From Nemertoderma westbladi (taxonomy: Eukaryota > Animalia > Xenacoelomorpha), in the NCBI GenBank assembly GCA_032718475.1, contig JAUCBJ010006873.1, positions 1 through 64,000 of the forward strand: a stretch of 64,000 nt of DNA, read 5' to 3'. Positions within the stretch are counted from its first letter, which is position 1. Every line of letters begins with the position of its first letter. The position numbers and the translations under genes were made by a program. Positions 59,994 to 64,000 of the stretch are shown here, one piece after another. A model generated the notes under the pieces. That model did no database searches. It had not been told where the DNA came from and was given only the letters and a program-made list of their open reading frames with translations.

Positions 59994-61192
59994 CTATTGC
60001 CGGCTTTGGATCCACAGGACTCATAACACCTCCATCGGTACGCAAAACAGCAGCAGTTGCTGTCGCAATCTGAGGGGGCGGAACATTGAACGACACATGT
60101 TCGTTATTAATCCGAGGGGGCGGGAGATTGAAGGGCAACTCCGCGGGCATCGGGGGAGGCATCCCGGGTATCGGGCCTAGCAGACCCGGTTTAACGCTGT
60201 TGGGGATATCGATGGGGGCAAACATCGCCGGGGGGATGGGCGGGGGCTGGAGGCCCACGAGGATGGGAGGGGCGATGGGGAGTGCGGCTGGGTTACGGGT
60301 TCCTTCCGGCGGTTCGGAATCCAGTCGTTCCGGGGAGATCCGCTCCAAACCGTCGTAGACGTCGCCGCGACTGGAAGGCCTAGGCGGCGGCGTGTCCGTC
60401 TCCAGACGAATCCGGTAGCGCTTCAACATCGGGTCCCAAACCCGATCGTTAATGTCGTAAGCCGAGTCGTCACGACTACGTCGCCGTTTCTCGAGCTTTT
60501 GGAGTCTTTCCACCTCTTCGATGACGAGTTTGCGATCCCGTTTGAGCATCTCGGCTTCGATTCGGTTTAATTCCCGGAGATGCTGCAACCTCGGGGGGGT
60601 TGGAGACCGCGAAGAGGAGCCAGGACGACGCCTGGAACGTCTGCGATGCCACCACGGGCTGCGGTCACGTGACCGCCGATTACGGGACCGAGGACTGCGG
60701 TCACGTGACCGCCGACTACGGGACCACGGGCTGCGCTCACGTGATCGTCGACTGTGGGAACTTCTCTCATTAGAATATCGCCTCTCCCTCCTAGTATGTT
60801 GCCCCTCTCTGATATAATTACCATGGCGGTCTCTAGCACGTCCTCTCCCCCTGTCCCTCTCACTTCCCCTACTAGGGCTTGGGGAATTTGTTTTGGTTGA
60901 GCTTTCGGTTTGATTTTTCGGGGGATCTATAGTTGCATTATCCTTAGATACATCTGTAGAGTTGCTGGATAATTTAGGATTCTTACCGGGAGAAGTTTCT
61001 TCGTTACTGGTTCCTCTAACTTTCGCGTTTTGTTTACGCTTTTTATTTTTACTCGCGTTCGTTCGTTTAAATCCACCCGGTTCTTCTATCTCCGTATCAT
61101 CATCTACTTTCTTTGACTCTTCTGCCTTTTTTGAATGAGTCATCTCTTGCAGATCGCCGTCTGGGATGCCTGCTTCGTCGTCCTTAGTTGCC
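59994..61192 (-). CDS. Exon of an RS-rich/Pro-rich nuclear-type protein
   Basis: Acceptor gttttcag|G at 61193/61192, donor G|gtaagt at 59994/59993; KNKKRK NLS-like motif, RSRDRSP repeats, PGLLGPIP; phase matches the upstream exon. Confidence 0.75.
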
Positions 61193-62028
61193 CTGAAAAC
61201 ACGTACGAGGTGTCAATCGACCCCCCCATAAAGCGAAACAAAACTAATAAACAACATATAAATCACCGGGTTTCGGAGTCTTGACAAAACGACTCCGACG
61301 TAAAAAGTAATTTAGACTCCGACTCAGACAAAACATTTTACCAAAAACATTCTTCAAAAATTGAAAAAATAGGCTCACGTAATAACCTGGTCAAATTGAA
61401 ACAATCGTGTTAAAGTTCATTGAAGAAACCATAATTTTTGGTTTATGAGGTAAAAATGTTTAATGACTGAAACAACAGTAAACTGACGATAAAATAATGG
61501 TAAATTTTGGAGTTAGTCCTCTGGAAATATTATGACTCCGACTCCGGAACTCCGTTATATGATACAAATATTTGATTCAGCGGATTGCCAAATTAAATAA
61601 CGGTATATAATTAAATATATATATTAGTTTTCAAATTAATTCATGATTTGTGAAGTTTAAGTTGAATTGATTAAGTTGAAAACATGTGAAAATATATTTG
61701 TGTTATCACAATAATTTATCATTGAATGAAAGAATAAACCAATTAACTTTCACTAAATGTATTTTTTTTTATTTACATTTTTATCCTAGATATATTTCAA
61801 ATATCGTGGGTCCCATCTATCAAACCGGATTAAATGTATACGGATTTGGCATAACATTGTCACTTTCAAATTATAACTTTAGTATTCTGCACTAAATGTA
61901 GTTACAATATAAAAAGGGACAAACAACTAAAATAACACAATATGAATATACCAAAGTTATCTGTACAAACAGAAGATGAAAGTGACGCATAAATAATAAT
62001 AAATATAAAGATATGATAACAGCCTCAC

Positions 62029-62948
62029 CTGGACTGATTTAATGATTGTATCTTTTTTGCCTCTCCAATATTCTTCGATTTTTCAGCTATCATACTATAA
62101 ACACGCACCATGCGCTCTTCTAAAGCCGCATCATTAACTGCGTTGATCTTTAGATATTCCTTGGGAGTTGCTGCAGTCACAGGATTACTATCTTGATCCC
62201 CGCTTTTACTTTCCTTGGTATTACCACTACCACCAGGCAATGTAACCTCAGCCAGATTCACTACTGAATCGAGGTTAACGGCGTCAATAATATTACCAGA
62301 ATCGCCCGTAACAATGTCACTATCTGCTATATTGGCCTCATTAGGTGGGACATTGTCCGTAACTTTATGTGCTTTAATATCTCCATCAGGCGTGGCTAAC
62401 ACCCCTTCATCAATGGTACCACCCCCTTCAGCAGTTGTACCACCCTCTTCAGCAGTTGTACCACCCCCTTCAGCAGTTGTACCACCCCCTTCAGCAGTGG
62501 TACCACCCCCTTCAGCAGTTGTACCACCCCCTTCAGCAGTGGTACCGCCCCCTTCAGCAGTTGTACAACCCCCTTCAGCAGTGGTACCACCCCCTTCAGC
62601 AGTGGTACCACCCTCTTCAGCAGTGATACCACCCCCGTCAGCAGTTGAACCACCCCCTACTGCAGTGCTACCATCCATAACTACAGTACTACCATCCCCT
62701 ACTGCAGTTGCACCATCACCCAAAAGTGATTTACTTTCAGTATTGGCCGCTGACTTTCTAATGTAGGTGGTTTCTGGCCCAGATGGATAGCCCAATGCTT
62801 TCAGTTCTACTTTGATGCGTTCTAGAACGACCAAATTAGTGTCTCTGCGCTCGGTTGTCGAAGCTTTCCAGGACTCCCAAACATTCTTGTATTTATTAAA
62901 TTCGTCCCTGTTGGGATGACCTTTATGCGATTCTCTCCAATCGGCAAA
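62029..62948 (-). CDS. Upstream exon of the same gene; YLPM1/ZAP3-like W-rich motif plus TTAEGGG repeat
   Basis: Acceptor at 62949/62948, donor AG|gtgagg at 62029/62028; FADWRESHKGHPNRDEFNKYKNVWESWK recalls YLPM1/ZAP3 helical motifs (from memory, unverified). Confidence 0.7.
62402..62715 (-). repeat. Coding 21-bp tandem repeat (TTAEGGG)
   Basis: CCACCCCCTTCAGCAGTTGTA units, ~14 copies including degenerate ones. Confidence 0.9.
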
Positions 62949-64000
62949 CTAATTGAGTAAATAAAAAAATATCATATATTACTTGATTATGATATTTACT
63001 ATTTTATTAACATTAACCCATCATTCTCTGTAAACAAAGTTTTAGTATTTTCCGATAATTGAATATAGTGGAAAAAAATATCTAAAACTAGAAGTAATTA
63101 TATCTACCAGTATACAACTGAAATACTAATAATAATTTTCTCAATAAAACAATATAAAGTTTACTGTTTTGATTAGTTATATTGAAATTTAATAGATGTG
63201 GCGTGCGTGAAACTTTTGAGATGTGATGCTCTGTAAATCGGGTATATACTTACGGGTTGGCGTTTTAGGAGAGATTTCCTGTCAGGTAAACTACCATTAA
63301 ACTCAACGAACACGGATGAACATTGGAGAGGTAAAAATTGCAACCCTCAACATGGTAGACTATTTATACTAAATAGAAGGATCAGGTTACCAAGGCCAAC
63401 TTAGTGCTTTTAAGGGAACTACACTAACTATGTCAGTATGAATTATAAATCTTCGATATTGTACACTTCAATGCAATATATACAACTACAACCTTAAAAA
63501 AATTGAGTTTGAAAACAAGTATGAAATAAAAAAAACCTGTAGGGTAGACATTAATTAATAGGGCGTAGATTATAAAAATATATAGAACCATACGATCGTA
63601 CAAGATAATGTGTAGGCCTATTTATATTCATGCAGAACTAATATTTGTTATTTAATTATATACTGCACGCAATAATATATATCACCACAAATTTATTCAC
63701 AATTAAACTAGGCCTACCTTATTGAAAATACTATATAATACAGGAAATTACACAAATTACGCAAAACTAGCGGTATGTTGGTAAGGCTTCCTTTGACTAG
63801 GGTTGATGCATGTCAGGTCAAGTTAGGTCAGATTGAATTATATTCAAAGAAGTAGGCTATTAAGTACCCCCCCCCCCCCCCCCCCCCGGTATGGTACAGG
63901 CTATGAAGGTGAACGAATTCAATTACATAATTCCGTACCTCAACTCTGCTGCTGGTAATAGGGGTGAAGGGGAGGGGGGGGGGGGGGGGGGGTGTTGGTT

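Noticed and set aside
63867-63992. Poly-C/poly-G tracts as regulatory G-quadruplexes or a Pro-rich exon
   Set aside because: Such homopolymers are scattered across the window and their lengths are unreliable; the exon frame cannot be set at the window edge

Overview
AT-rich, repeat-dense animal (invertebrate-like) genomic DNA. The main host gene is a minus-strand class A amine-type GPCR (muscarinic/histamine-like). Its exon 1 (30304-29928, TM1-TM3) splices across a 22.8-kb intron into exon 2 (from 7130) and rebuilds the DRY motif. Exon 2 encodes TM4, TM5 and a long ICL3, then runs without a stop or LTR into a Copia-like integrase with intact HHCC and D,D35E motifs. The predicted product is a 761-aa 5-TM receptor-integrase chimera; TM6-7 were not found in the window. 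A minimal hammerhead ribozyme motif lies just past its stop. The intron is a nest of mobile elements: a tRNA-derived SINE, a decayed Gypsy element interrupted by a full-length RTE LINE, and a young BEL/Pao element with apparently identical 538-bp LTRs that encodes Gag-protease but no RT, RNase H or integrase. Further right are minisatellites, two piggyBac-like MITE copies, a Sola-like transposon with a 48-bp minisatellite expanded inside its transposase, and a perfect 100-bp-arm palindrome. A ~12.9-kb 50-bp satellite starts at the 3' end of a LINE ORF, followed by exons of an RS/Pro-rich (YLPM1/ZAP3-like) gene. All calls are by eye; family assignments need profile searches.
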